Source: Pirellulales bacterium
Lineage (GTDB): Bacteria; Planctomycetota; Planctomycetia; Pirellulales; JAICIG01
Assembly (NCBI GenBank): GCA_040901675.1
Contig: JBBDYJ010000010.1
Span: forward strand, 202,599-266,598
Length of the DNA stretch: 64,000 nt
Direction of reading: 5' to 3'
The position numbers were made by a program, and so were the translations under genes. The notes below the pieces were generated by a model. That model saw only the letters and a program-made list of their open reading frames with translations. It searched no databases and had not been told where the DNA came from. Shown piece after piece: positions 38,657 to 49,867 of the stretch (position 1 is the first letter of the stretch; each line of letters starts with the position of its first letter).

Positions 38657-39112
38657 TTACTCCTCCTTCCTCTTTCCTCCTTCCTCCTTTCCCGCGGGTT
38701 CCAGCAGAACGCCGCGCCACTCGGCGCGGTTGGAGGTGATGTCGACTACGTTGCCGTCGGGGTCGAGCACCTTGAACGAGATGGGCGGCGCGCCGTTGGG
38801 GTCGATCGGCTTGCGCTGCTTCACGTCGTCCTTCGAAAAGGTCGCCTTCCAGTCGTGCAGCCGCCGCCAGATCGCCGGCAGGTCGTCGACGATCACGCCG
38901 AAATGGATGTACTCGCTTCCTTCCTCGAACACCGGCCGCTCTTGGCCCGCCGGCTGCTGGATCAACGTGATGTTGTTCACGCCGTCGCTCAGGTCGAGCC
39001 CCTGGCGGCTGGGCCGATAGCCCACGAACTTCCAGCCGATCACTTCCTCGTAGAACCGCCGCGAACGCTCCATGTCGCGGCATCGCAAAGCCAGGTGTCG
39101 CAGCAACGCCAT
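38657..39112 (-). CDS. VOC / glyoxalase family protein
   Basis: LRHLALRCRDMERSRRFYE...HFGVIVDD...DPDGNVVDI; C-tail encoded by a heptamer repeat. Confidence 0.88.
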   Translation of the reverse strand: MALLRHLALRCRDMERSRRFYEEVIGWKFVGYRPSRQGLDLSDGVNNITLIQQPAGQERPVFEEGSEYIHFGVIVDDLPAIWRRLHDWKATFSKDDVKQRKPIDPNGAPPISFKVLDPDGNVVDITSNRAEWRGVLLEPAGKEEGGKRKEE

Positions 39113-39204
39113 GCGCATTTCCTCCAGATGACCTTCGCCGACGTGGGCAGGGCTGCCGCGTCTCGAGCATTTTAGCAGGGCCCACGGCGGGCTGCCTAAT
39201 ATCA

Positions 39205-39440
39205 CTGGGGCACGCTACCGCTTTGCCCCAGCCACCCGACCGCTAAAACTGCGCACCGACTGACACGTCGCAGCACTGCTTCTCGGCCCCGACACGGCGG
39301 GGCCTCCAAGCAGTGGCACCTCTGACTTCTGACCTCTGACTTCTGAGAGTTTGTGAATCATTCACAGACTCTGACATCTGACTTCTGACCTCTGACTTCT
39401 GACATCTGACTTCTGACCTCTGACTTCCAACCTCTGACTC
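39205..39440. repeat. Family B + family C REP and long (TCTGACY)n heptamer array
   Basis: Family B 39205-39238, family C 39270-39319, TCTGACT/TCTGACC units to ~39440. Confidence 0.85.
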
Positions 39441-39525
39441 CTGTCTACCCCCCTGCCTTCCGTTCCATTGCGACCGGGTCCGCGGCCGACTATCCTGGCT
39501 AGGCACGCCCTGGAGATCAAGCCGC

Positions 39526-40593
39526 ATGGAATACCGCGACCTGGGCTCGACGGGCATCGAGGTCTCGGCCGTCTCGTTCGGCGCGGGACCGGTGCCTGCC
39601 CTGATGACTGCCGGCAGCCGCGATAAGCAACGCAGCACCGTCGAGCGCGCGCTGGCGGCAGGCGTCAATTGGTTCGATACGGCTGCCACGTATGGCGACG
39701 GTGCCTCGGAGAGCAGCCTCGGAGCGGCCCTCCGCGAGCTGGGGGGCGCCGGCCGGGTCCACGTGGCAACCAAAGTCAGGCTGATGCCCGACCAGCTCGG
39801 CGACATCCGCGCCGCTGTCCGGCAGTCCGTCGACGCCAGCTTGCAGCGGCTGGGCCTCCAGCGCGTCACGCTGCTGCAAGTGCATAACTCGATCACCGCC
39901 CGGCGGGGCGAGCTGCACACCTCGATCACGCCCCGCGACGTGCTGGGGCCGGGCGGAATGCTCGATGCCTTCCAGAGTCTGCGCGACGACGGACTTGTCG
40001 AGCACTTCGGCTTGACCGCGCTAGGTCAGCAGGCCGCCTTGCAGGAAGTGCTGGAGTCGCGTGCGTTTGCCAGCGTGCAGCTTGCCTACAACCTGCTCGA
40101 TGCAACCGCCGGCAGCGCCGCGGGCAGCGCAGCACGGCTTCTCGGCCCCGACACGGCGGTCCGCCAAAGGCGGACAAGCAGTGGCACGTCGCTGGAGGCG
40201 GACGGCGACAGCTTGCTTTCGTTTTGCAGCCGGGCCCGCATCGGCGTGCTCGCCATCCGCGTTTTCGCTGGCGGAGCGCTGGCGGGCAAACCGCCCAGCC
40301 GGCATACGCTGACCACCAGGTTCTTTCCGCTGGCGCTGTACGAGCGCGATGCCCAGCGGGCCCGGCAGTTGGCCGAAACGCTGCCGCCCGGCCTGCGCAT
40401 CAAGGAGGCGGCCGTGCGGTTCGTCCTGAGCCAACCCGGCGTTTCCAGTGCGCTGGTCGGCTTTTCCAGCGGAGAGGAAGTTGACGAGGCCGTTCGCTTC
40501 GCCGCCGCGGGGCCGCTTCCGCCCGCCGCTCTGGAGACTATCGGCCAGGCGCTGTCGCATCCAATAAACGACGGGTCCGGGAGATCCACGTGA
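39526..40593 (+). CDS. Aldo/keto reductase with in-frame REP insertion
   Basis: YRDLGSTG, NWFDTAATYG, ATK, SLQRL, LQVH, YNLL; family C repeat at 40129-40187. Confidence 0.9.
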   Translation: MEYRDLGSTGIEVSAVSFGAGPVPALMTAGSRDKQRSTVERALAAGVNWFDTAATYGDGASESSLGAALRELGGAGRVHVATKVRLMPDQLGDIRAAVRQSVDASLQRLGLQRVTLLQVHNSITARRGELHTSITPRDVLGPGGMLDAFQSLRDDGLVEHFGLTALGQQAALQEVLESRAFASVQLAYNLLDATAGSAAGSAARLLGPDTAVRQRRTSSGTSLEADGDSLLSFCSRARIGVLAIRVFAGGALAGKPPSRHTLTTRFFPLALYERDAQRARQLAETLPPGLRIKEAAVRFVLSQPGVSSALVGFSSGEEVDEAVRFAAAGPLPPAALETIGQALSHPINDGSGRST

Positions 40594-41966
40594 GCCACGC
40601 CGTGCCGAACATCGACGAAGGCGCCCCACTCTCCCGCCGCGCGCGATACCTCGTGCTGGCCGTCGCCTTTCTCGGCTGGATGTTCGCCGGCACACAGATG
40701 TCGATCACCCCCTTGATGAGCCGTTCGGCCACCATCGACCTGCTCTGGCCCGATCAGCAAGGCCAGGCGCTGTCGCAGGAGCAAAGGGAATTGGTGGGGC
40801 TCTGGTTCTCCTGGCACAATGCCTCGTTTTTGTTCGGAGCGGCGGCCGGCGGACTGTTGTTCGGCTGGCTCGGCGATCGCGCGGGCCGCACCCGCGCCAT
40901 GGCCTGGAGCATCCTCTGCTATTCCTGCTTCTCGGGACTCAGCTACCTGGTCGTCGATCCGCACCAACTTCTGGTGCTGCGGTTCCTCACCTGCCTGGGC
41001 GTGGGAGGCATGTGGCCCAACGGCGTGGCCCTGGTCTCGGAAGCCTGGTCGGAGGTGTCGCGGCCCACGCTGGCGGGAATCATCGGCACCTCGGCCAACG
41101 TGGGCATCGTGATGATGGGCGTTGCCAGCATCTATTTCCGGATCACGCCCGAAAGCTGGCGGTGGATGATGCTGGTGGGAGCGATGCCGGCCCTGCTGGG
41201 CATCTTTGTCTGGGCGGCCGTGCCCGAATCGCCACGCTGGGCGGCCGGCCGTCTGCGCACCGGCCAGGTCAGGCCTCCGGCGCCGGTCGCGGAGATCTTT
41301 CGCCCGCCGCTGTTGCACCTGACGTTGATCGGAATCTGCCTGGGCACGGTGCCTCTGTTGGGCGGTTGGGGCAGCGGCAACTGGCTCGTTCCCTGGGCCG
41401 ACGAGGTCGGGGGCACGGCCGACCCGTATCTCAAAGGCTGGACGCAGGTGATGCGATCGCTTGGCGGCACGCTGGGCAGCCTGGCCGGCGGCTGGGTGGC
41501 CGGCGCCCTGGGCCGGCGGCGCTCGTACTTTTTGATCAGCCTGGCATCTCTGGCGATCAGCGCTTACATCTTTCGTTCCTTGCACCCGGCCACGGCGGGC
41601 GAATACTCGTTTAGCGATTTTGCTTGGGGCCTGATCGGCGCCGGCCCGGCGATCGGCATCGAAACGGTCAACCTGTTTTCGCTATGGGCCTTCATGCTGG
41701 GCGTGTTCAGCGGCCTGTACTTCGGCTGGCTGCCGCTGTGCCTGCCCGAGCTGTTTCCCACCCGGGTGCGGTCCACCGGCGCCGGGGTGGCCTTCAATTC
41801 CGGGCGCGTGGGCGCCGCCATCGGCGTGCTGGGCGCCGGCGAACTGATCAAGTCGCACTACGGCGGCGATTACGGCCGGGTGGGCGCCATCACCAGCTTG
41901 ATCTATGCCGTGGGCATGATCGTCATCTGGCTGGCCCCCAAGACCGACCAGAAATTGAAGGACTGA
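40590..41966 (+). CDS. MFS transporter
   Basis: GWLGDRAGRTR motif A; PES; PELFPTRVRSTGAG. Confidence 0.93.
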   Translation: MSHAVPNIDEGAPLSRRARYLVLAVAFLGWMFAGTQMSITPLMSRSATIDLLWPDQQGQALSQEQRELVGLWFSWHNASFLFGAAAGGLLFGWLGDRAGRTRAMAWSILCYSCFSGLSYLVVDPHQLLVLRFLTCLGVGGMWPNGVALVSEAWSEVSRPTLAGIIGTSANVGIVMMGVASIYFRITPESWRWMMLVGAMPALLGIFVWAAVPESPRWAAGRLRTGQVRPPAPVAEIFRPPLLHLTLIGICLGTVPLLGGWGSGNWLVPWADEVGGTADPYLKGWTQVMRSLGGTLGSLAGGWVAGALGRRRSYFLISLASLAISAYIFRSLHPATAGEYSFSDFAWGLIGAGPAIGIETVNLFSLWAFMLGVFSGLYFGWLPLCLPELFPTRVRSTGAGVAFNSGRVGAAIGVLGAGELIKSHYGGDYGRVGAITSLIYAVGMIVIWLAPKTDQKLKD

Positions 41967-41980
41967 ATTGGAGGTACCGC

Positions 41981-43693
<1,713 letters not shown>

Positions 43694-43835
43694 ATTGAGC
43701 CGCCCGCGTCGCGTGGCTGGGGCAAAGCGTTAAGCGTGCCACTGGTCTTCGTGACCCGCATTCAATGGGGGATGCTTCCGCTTCTTTGTTCCCCTTGTCG
43801 CCTTGTCGCATTGTCCCCTTGTCGACTCTTCCCGC

Positions 43836-44444
43836 TTACGGGGTGATGGCCCGCAGCACGTTGCGGATCGGTTGGCCGGGTATGTACACCTTGGGCCGCA
43901 CGATGACCGGCCGACCCACCATCACCGGGCTGAAGGCAGTCACTGGCGAATAGCTGGTTACCACGGGGCTGTACGTCACCACGGGGCTATAGGACACCAC
44001 CGGGCTGTAGCTGGTCACCGGACTGTAGCTGGTCACCGGACTGTAGCTGGTCACCGGGCTGTAGCTGGTCACCGGGCGGTAGCTGGTCATCGGGCGGTAG
44101 CTGGTCATCGGGCGGTAGCTGGTCACGGGACTGTAGGTGGTCACGGGGCTGTAGGTAACCGCCGGGGGGCTATAGTACGTCGTCACGGGTGCATAGCTGC
44201 GTACCACGGGGCTGTAGGCAGTCACCGGCCGATACGTGGTGACCGGCGCAGACGTGACGACCGGAGAATAGCTGGTCACCACGGGGCTGTAGCTTTCATA
44301 GACGACCGGCGCCTCGGAAACGCTGTACGTCGAGACGTACGAGGGGCCGACAATCGGGCTGTACGTTTCGACGTACACCTGTCCCATCGCCGTGGCCGCG
44401 GCGGTCAAAATAACGAGCGCGGACAACAAAGCGGCAACTCTCAT
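43836..44444 (-). CDS. Secreted low-complexity protein with (V/M)TSY(S/R)P hexapeptide repeats
   Basis: Signal peptide; 18-nt tandem repeat ~43940-44295; C-terminal YIPGQPIRNVLRAITP. Confidence 0.8.
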   Translation of the reverse strand: MRVAALLSALVILTAAATAMGQVYVETYSPIVGPSYVSTYSVSEAPVVYESYSPVVTSYSPVVTSAPVTTYRPVTAYSPVVRSYAPVTTYYSPPAVTYSPVTTYSPVTSYRPMTSYRPMTSYRPVTSYSPVTSYSPVTSYSPVTSYSPVVSYSPVVTYSPVVTSYSPVTAFSPVMVGRPVIVRPKVYIPGQPIRNVLRAITP

Positions 44445-45487
44445 CGTGCGATCCTCCTTGCAAAGAACACGGGTGCAGCGGGTTTCTCACTCATGGCGAC
44501 CGAACCGATTGTAACCTGGGCCGTCAATTCGGCAACGGCTCCGGATCCAAGATCGGTTTTTATCCTGATCACTTCCGAAAACTTGCCCGGTTCACCGCCG
44601 GCCACGAACGTCATGGGGAGCAGGTGCACCTTCTTTTCGCCTTCCGGCAGCTCGAACTCGAAATGCTCGTTGTCGCACTCGACGCCGGTAATGCGGAACG
44701 GCTGCTTGCCCTGCACGACCAGTTGACGGGTGATCCGCTGGCCCGGCGCCACGCTTCCCAGCGAGAGGCTCGCCGGGCTGACGCTGAGCTGTGGAACCAC
44801 CCGCCCTTCGACCATCAGCGGCACTCGCGACATACGGCGGTCGTTGGTCAGCAGGAGCAGTTGTTCCCGCAGGTATCCGGCCGGCGCATCCTGGCTGAGC
44901 CGCACGGCCAACTCGTAAGCGTGCTCGCCGGCCCGGCTCGACACCTGTGCCCAGGACACATCGAGGTACGGGATCTTCGGCTGGACGTCCACGATTCGCC
45001 AGTCGGAGCGGCCGGCATGCCGAACGCGCACCCGCCGCACGGATGCTTCGCCCTGGTCGACGTCGCCAAAGCGCACGGCCCCCGGATCGAGGACCACGTC
45101 GGTGCGGATGTAGCCGTCCACGCGCAACTGCACTTCCGCATAGGCGGGCCGATCGATCACCACCGTCAGCGTGGCGCCGCGCTGGCCGCGAAAGCGGTCG
45201 GTGTTGTAGCGGACGACGACCTGCCCCCGCTCGCCGGACTTCAGCGTCTGCCTGCTGATCGAGGGTGTCGCGCAGCCGCAACTGGCCCGCACAACCGCGA
45301 TGTGTATCTCGTCCCGATAGAGGTTCGTCAGCGTGAAGCGGTGTTCCACGGCCGCGCCACGGGCCACCGCGCCAAAGTCGTGGCTCGTCTGGTCGAACAT
45401 TGTGGCGGCCCATTGCTGGGCACCAGCCAAAGGGGCACCGGCCAGCATGCATGTCAAGCTGAGCAATAAACGCGAGGCAACAGCCAC
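44441..45487 (-). CDS. DUF1573 / Ig-like domain secreted protein
   Basis: HDFGAV...FTLTN...VRASCGCATP; AGGAG RBS before GTG 45487; stop overlaps next start. Confidence 0.85.
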   Translation of the reverse strand: MAVASRLLLSLTCMLAGAPLAGAQQWAATMFDQTSHDFGAVARGAAVEHRFTLTNLYRDEIHIAVVRASCGCATPSISRQTLKSGERGQVVVRYNTDRFRGQRGATLTVVIDRPAYAEVQLRVDGYIRTDVVLDPGAVRFGDVDQGEASVRRVRVRHAGRSDWRIVDVQPKIPYLDVSWAQVSSRAGEHAYELAVRLSQDAPAGYLREQLLLLTNDRRMSRVPLMVEGRVVPQLSVSPASLSLGSVAPGQRITRQLVVQGKQPFRITGVECDNEHFEFELPEGEKKVHLLPMTFVAGGEPGKFSEVIRIKTDLGSGAVAELTAQVTIGSVAMSEKPAAPVFFARRIAR

Positions 45488-45761
45488 AGCACGCTCCTGG
45501 GCCCCGCATTTCAGGGCACTGTTATTGTAAGGCACTGTCGCACACGGATTCCAATCGGCCCCCGCCTGACGGTGCAGCTCTTGCGCACAAGGAGATGCAC
45601 TTCCGGTGCCAAGAGCGGGCGGCCTCATCGATCAGGCGCCGGCCGCAATTCGTAACTGGTTGGCATTATGATACTTGAGCGCGGTCTGCTCGAAGCCCGC
45701 TAGGCTGCGGTAGATGCACAAGCCTGGCAGGATACGCGCCAGGCGGCAGTATCGGGGACGG

Positions 45762-46033
45762 GTCTACCCCACCTCACGCACTTGCGGAACCTGCCGCAGA
45801 TCGTGCGGGCGGGCGTGCTTTGGTCGGACGCCAATCGGATCGAACTGGGGCTTGAATGCGACGTCGTCGGCATGTCGCATATCAAGCGGCGGCGACTGCA
45901 AGAGATCGAGGTGAGCTGCCACGCGGGCACACACGTCGGCGATTATGTGCCTTTCTACTTCTGTCCACGATCGATCATGCTCTATACGAATCGGATGCCG
46001 ACAACTGACACGAGAAAGGCCTGGAGGTCCTGA
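45762..46033 (+). pseudogene. darT: Truncated DarT (DUF4433) DNA ADP-ribosyltransferase toxin
   Basis: VY/HLTHLRNL (2-nt frame offset), IKRRR, VGDYVPFYFCPRSIMLY, then similarity ends; no start, no C-terminal catalytic-Glu region, no darG. Confidence 0.8.
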
Positions 46034-46180
46034 TCATCGAATCGCTGGTGCTCAAGGCGCGGTTACACAGGGCGAGCCGGAAGATGTCCTGGTCGTCCCG
46101 CCGTTTGTTCAGACGAAAGGCAAAACGCAGCGGGCGCCATTCCGCCGGTACGTGCTTACCGGCGTGCCGCGCGGCGCCGA

Positions 46181-46209
46181 TTGACGATTCTGAGGCGATT
46201 TCCTATGAT
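46181..46209 (+). promoter_or_regulatory. Near-consensus sigma70 promoter
   Basis: TTGACG-N17-TATGAT. Confidence 0.7.
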
Positions 46210-46253
46210 TGGGCCAGTCGTACTCAAGACGGGTAAAAACGGACGGCTATGAC

Positions 46254-46333
46254 AGCCCCTCGGTGCTTCCGGCACGGTGGGGTTTTTTATTTGAACTCGA
46301 AGCCCCGCCGGCCTGAGCCGACGGGGCTTTTTT
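46254..46333 (+). terminator. Two tandem intrinsic terminators
   Basis: AGCCCC..GTGC-ttccg-GCAC..GGGGTT+TTTT, and AAGCCCCGCCGGC-ctga-GCCGACGGGGCTT+TTTT. Confidence 0.8.
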
Positions 46334-46381
46334 CATCCGGCCAGTGCATCCCCCGTTCCGATCGGCCAGGGAGCTCAGCAC

Positions 46382-46699
46382 ATGCCTCGCGGAGACAAGT
46401 CGAAGTACACAGACAAACAGCAGCGCAAAGCGGAGCACATCGAGGAAGGCTACAAAGAGCGAGGCGTCTCCGAGGACGAGGCCGAACGCCGCGCCTGGGC
46501 CACCGTGAACAAGATGGACCAGGGGGGCAAAAAGAAAGGCGGCTCGGGCCGCGGGAAAAAAACGAACAAGGGGCCGGCCAAGAAAGGCGGCCGCATCGGT
46601 GGAGCGGCATCGGCGGCGCGGAGCAAGCAAGCCCGCTCGAAGTCGGCCAAGAAAGCCGCCCGAACGCGAAAGAAGAAGAAAGCGGCCAAGAAGAAGTAA
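46382..46699 (+). CDS. Small basic stress-associated protein (often labelled 'plasmid stabilization protein')
   Basis: MPRGDKSKYTDKQQRKAEHIEEGY...AERRAWATVNK; Lys/Gly-rich tail; GGGAG RBS. Confidence 0.85.
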   Translation: MPRGDKSKYTDKQQRKAEHIEEGYKERGVSEDEAERRAWATVNKMDQGGKKKGGSGRGKKTNKGPAKKGGRIGGAASAARSKQARSKSAKKAARTRKKKKAAKKK

Positions 46700-46746
46700 C
46701 GCATTGGCTCTCCATTTGTCCACACGCACAATCGAAAGGGACTGGC

Positions 46747-47862
46747 ATGGCAAGGAAGAAAAAGGTCCGCTACGCCGTGGTGGGTTTGGGACATTTCGCC
46801 CAGGTGGCCGTGCTGCCGGCCTTTGCCAACGCCAAGCGCTGCGAGCTGACGGCGCTGGTCTCCGACGATCCGGCGAAGCTGGACGAGCTGAGCAGGCAAT
46901 ACGGCGTCGAGATCCGCGCCAGCTACGACGACTTCGACCCTTTTCTGGCCAGCGGGCAAGTCGACGCCGTGTACCTGGTGCTGCCCAACCACTTGCACCG
47001 CGATTACACGGTCCGCGCCGCCCGGGCCGGCGTACACGTGCTGTGCGAGAAGCCGATGGCCGTCACCGAGGAAGATTGCCGGGAGATGATCCGCGCCACG
47101 GATGAAGCCAACGTCAAATTGATGATCGCCTACCGGCTGCACCTGGAAGAGGCGAACCTGAAGACGGTCGAAGTCGTCACGTCGGGCCAGATCGGCGAGC
47201 CGCGGATCTTCAACTCCCTGTTCTCGATGAACGTCACCGACGAGGACAATATCCGCCTCGACCGCGAGAAGGGGGGCGGAACGCTCTACGACATCGGCGT
47301 CTACTGCATCAACGCGGCCCGCTACCTGTTCCGCGACGAGCCGATCGAGGTCAGCGCCTTCAGCGCCAACAACGGCGAGCCGCGGTTCCGCGAGGTCGAC
47401 GAGATGACCACCTGCATCCTGCGGTTTCCGGGCGAGCGATTGGCCAGCTTCACGTGCAGCTTCGGCGCGGCCGACGTCTCGAGCTACCAGGTGGTGGGCA
47501 CCCGGGGCGACGTGCGGCTCGACCCGGCCTACGAGTACCGCGGCAAGCTCAAGCAGCATCTAACGATCGAGGGCAAGACCAAGAGCAAGACGTTCAACCG
47601 CCGCGACCAGATTGCCGCGGAGCTGACCTATTTCTCCGACTGCATCCTCAAGGGAAAGGAGCCGGAGCCCAACGGCCGCGAGGGACTGGCCGACGTCCGC
47701 GTGGTCCGCGCCTTGTACCGCTCGGCCGAAACGCGGCAGCCGGTCGAGCTGGAGCCGTTCGAGAAGCGGCGGCGGCCCCAGCCCGAGCAGGAAATCGAAC
47801 GGCCCGCCCCTTGGACCCGTCCCGAGCCGGTCCATGCCGAGGGTCCCAGGGGCAATAGTTGA
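46747..47862 (+). CDS. Gfo/Idh/MocA (glucose-fructose oxidoreductase-like) protein
   Basis: YAVVGLG, HVLCEKPMA, GGGTLYDIGVY. Confidence 0.93.
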   Translation: MARKKKVRYAVVGLGHFAQVAVLPAFANAKRCELTALVSDDPAKLDELSRQYGVEIRASYDDFDPFLASGQVDAVYLVLPNHLHRDYTVRAARAGVHVLCEKPMAVTEEDCREMIRATDEANVKLMIAYRLHLEEANLKTVEVVTSGQIGEPRIFNSLFSMNVTDEDNIRLDREKGGGTLYDIGVYCINAARYLFRDEPIEVSAFSANNGEPRFREVDEMTTCILRFPGERLASFTCSFGAADVSSYQVVGTRGDVRLDPAYEYRGKLKQHLTIEGKTKSKTFNRRDQIAAELTYFSDCILKGKEPEPNGREGLADVRVVRALYRSAETRQPVELEPFEKRRRPQPEQEIERPAPWTRPEPVHAEGPRGNS

Positions 47863-47872
47863 TTGCGCGTTA

Positions 47873-49039
47873 CTACGCTGCCAGGCGGCGAGAGGGCTCC
47901 TGTCCGCCGGCAACTTCGTCCAGGTATGCCAGCAGTTCGTGCTGGTAGCGCTCGGTGTCGAACGAGACGGCTTGGCCGCGGGCCAGATGGGGGCTGAACT
48001 GGTCGGGATGCCGCTCGAACCACTCGATCGCTTCACACAGGCACTCGGCGGTTTGCTGGCTGAACAGGAACCCGGTGCCGCGCCGCAGTTCGCCGGCCGG
48101 TTGGATTGTTTCCGTCGCGCCGCCGCGGTCGAAGGCGATCACGGGCGTGCCGCAGGCCTGGGCCTCGACCGGCACAATGCCAAAGTCTTCCTGGCCGGGG
48201 AAAACCAGAGCGCGGCAGCGGCGCATGTGCTCGCGCACCTCCTCGTCGCTCCGCCAACCGAGCAGTTGCACGTCTCCGCCGGCCAGGGCCGCCAGCCGGC
48301 TGGCTTCGGGTCCGGCGCCGATCACGATCAGCCGCCGGCCCAGCCTGCGGCAGGCCCGCACCGCCAGGTCGATCTTCTTGTAGGGGACCAGGGCCGAAAC
48401 GCAAAGGTAATAGTCGTCGCGCGGGACGGCGGCCGGGCAATAAAACCGGGTGTCGACCGGCGGATAGATGACGCGGCTCGAGCGGCCGTAACACTCGGCG
48501 ATCCGCCTGGCAACCGTGTGGCTGATGGCCACGTAGTGCGTCACGCGCTGGCTGGCCGCCAGGTCCCAGCGGCGAACCAGCTCGAGCAGGACGTCCCGCG
48601 CAGCCGCCGGCCAATGCCCCGGCAGCCAACCAGCCAGCCGGCCCTGGGTGGCTTTGCCGAAGTAGTCCTCTCGCAATTGCCAGGCATAACGCATCGGGGT
48701 GAAGCAGTAACAGACGTGCGGCACACCCGGCGGCACGCGGATCCCCTTGGCCACTGCATGGCTGAAACTGAGCACCAGGTCGACGTCGCCAGGCAGCCGC
48801 AGGCTCTCGATGGCCCGCGGCATCGCCGGCAGCCAGTAGCGGTAATGTCGGCCGATGCCCGGCACGCGCTGCAAAAAGCTGGTGCGGATTCGCATCCGCT
48901 CGATCGCCGGCGAGGCGCTGCCCGCCTTGTGCAAAAGCGTGAACAGCTCGGCGTCGGGATAGCGGCGGCAGGCGACTTCGAGGCACTTTTCGCCGCCCCG
49001 CATGCCGGTCAGCCAATCGTGGACCAGCGCGATCTTCAT
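47873..49039 (-). CDS. GT4 family glycosyltransferase
   Basis: HDWLTGMRGGEK; EDFGIVPVEAQACG. Confidence 0.93.
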   Translation of the reverse strand: MKIALVHDWLTGMRGGEKCLEVACRRYPDAELFTLLHKAGSASPAIERMRIRTSFLQRVPGIGRHYRYWLPAMPRAIESLRLPGDVDLVLSFSHAVAKGIRVPPGVPHVCYCFTPMRYAWQLREDYFGKATQGRLAGWLPGHWPAAARDVLLELVRRWDLAASQRVTHYVAISHTVARRIAECYGRSSRVIYPPVDTRFYCPAAVPRDDYYLCVSALVPYKKIDLAVRACRRLGRRLIVIGAGPEASRLAALAGGDVQLLGWRSDEEVREHMRRCRALVFPGQEDFGIVPVEAQACGTPVIAFDRGGATETIQPAGELRRGTGFLFSQQTAECLCEAIEWFERHPDQFSPHLARGQAVSFDTERYQHELLAYLDEVAGGQEPSRRLAA

Positions 49040-49180
49040 AGTCGGCCAACGGCGTGGAATGCGACGGCCGCCAGGCGGCTTTTTTGCTACGATTTCCGAG
49101 GGCGGGATGGTCCCACAATCGATCGATCCTCGTCAAGGCGACTCAGCACACGTGAAAACGGAATGGTGGCACCGACTCCC

Positions 49181-49792
49181 ATGCAACGCCGTCCACCCAT
49201 TCGCGGCCTGATCTTCGACCTGGATGGCACGCTGGTCGACTCCGGACTCGATTTCGAGCTGATGCGGCGCGAGATGGGTCTCAAACCGGGCCGCCCGCTG
49301 TTGGAAGCGCTGGCCGAGCTCGATCCCGCCAGGGCCGATGAGTGCCGCCTGATCCTGAGCCGGCACGAGCGCGACGGGTCGTTGCGAGCTACCCTGATGC
49401 CCGGCGTCCACGCGTTTCTCAGCGCGATCGCGGGGCGGGGCCTGCGGCAGGCCGTGCTGACCCGCAACAGCCGCGAAGCCGCTCTGGCCACGCTGGGCCG
49501 CCTCGGTCTGGCTTTCGATCCGATCGTGGCTCGCGAAGACGCTCCAGCAAAGCCGGACCCGGCGGCAATTTGGAAAATCTGCGAAGCCTGGGGGTTGCCG
49601 GGTGAGCAGGTGGCCATGATCGGCGACTTCTACTTCGACATCGAGGCGGGCCGGCGGGCCGGCGTGCGAACGGTGCTGTATACGGGCCGCCGCGACCCAT
49701 TGGCCGTGGAAGGATGGGGGAAGGCCGACTTCTGCCTGGAATGCTTCGCCGACGCGGAGGGGTTGCTGGCCTGGTTGGAGCAACCGGACTAG
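49181..49792 (+). CDS. HAD family hydrolase
   Basis: IFDLDGTLVDS; KPDP; MIGD; alternative start at 49163. Confidence 0.9.
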   Translation: MQRRPPIRGLIFDLDGTLVDSGLDFELMRREMGLKPGRPLLEALAELDPARADECRLILSRHERDGSLRATLMPGVHAFLSAIAGRGLRQAVLTRNSREAALATLGRLGLAFDPIVAREDAPAKPDPAAIWKICEAWGLPGEQVAMIGDFYFDIEAGRRAGVRTVLYTGRRDPLAVEGWGKADFCLECFADAEGLLAWLEQPD

Positions 49793-49867
49793 GGGCCAAC
49801 GTGGCCATTTGTTACACTTCGCCGCCCCCACGAACCGTGCCGGACCGCCAGGTTGGAGACGCATTCG

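Noticed and set aside
43940..44295. 18-nt repeats as CRISPR or RNA polymerase II CTD homologue
   Set aside because: They are in-frame hexapeptide repeats in a signal-peptide protein; resemblance to YSPTSPS is only compositional
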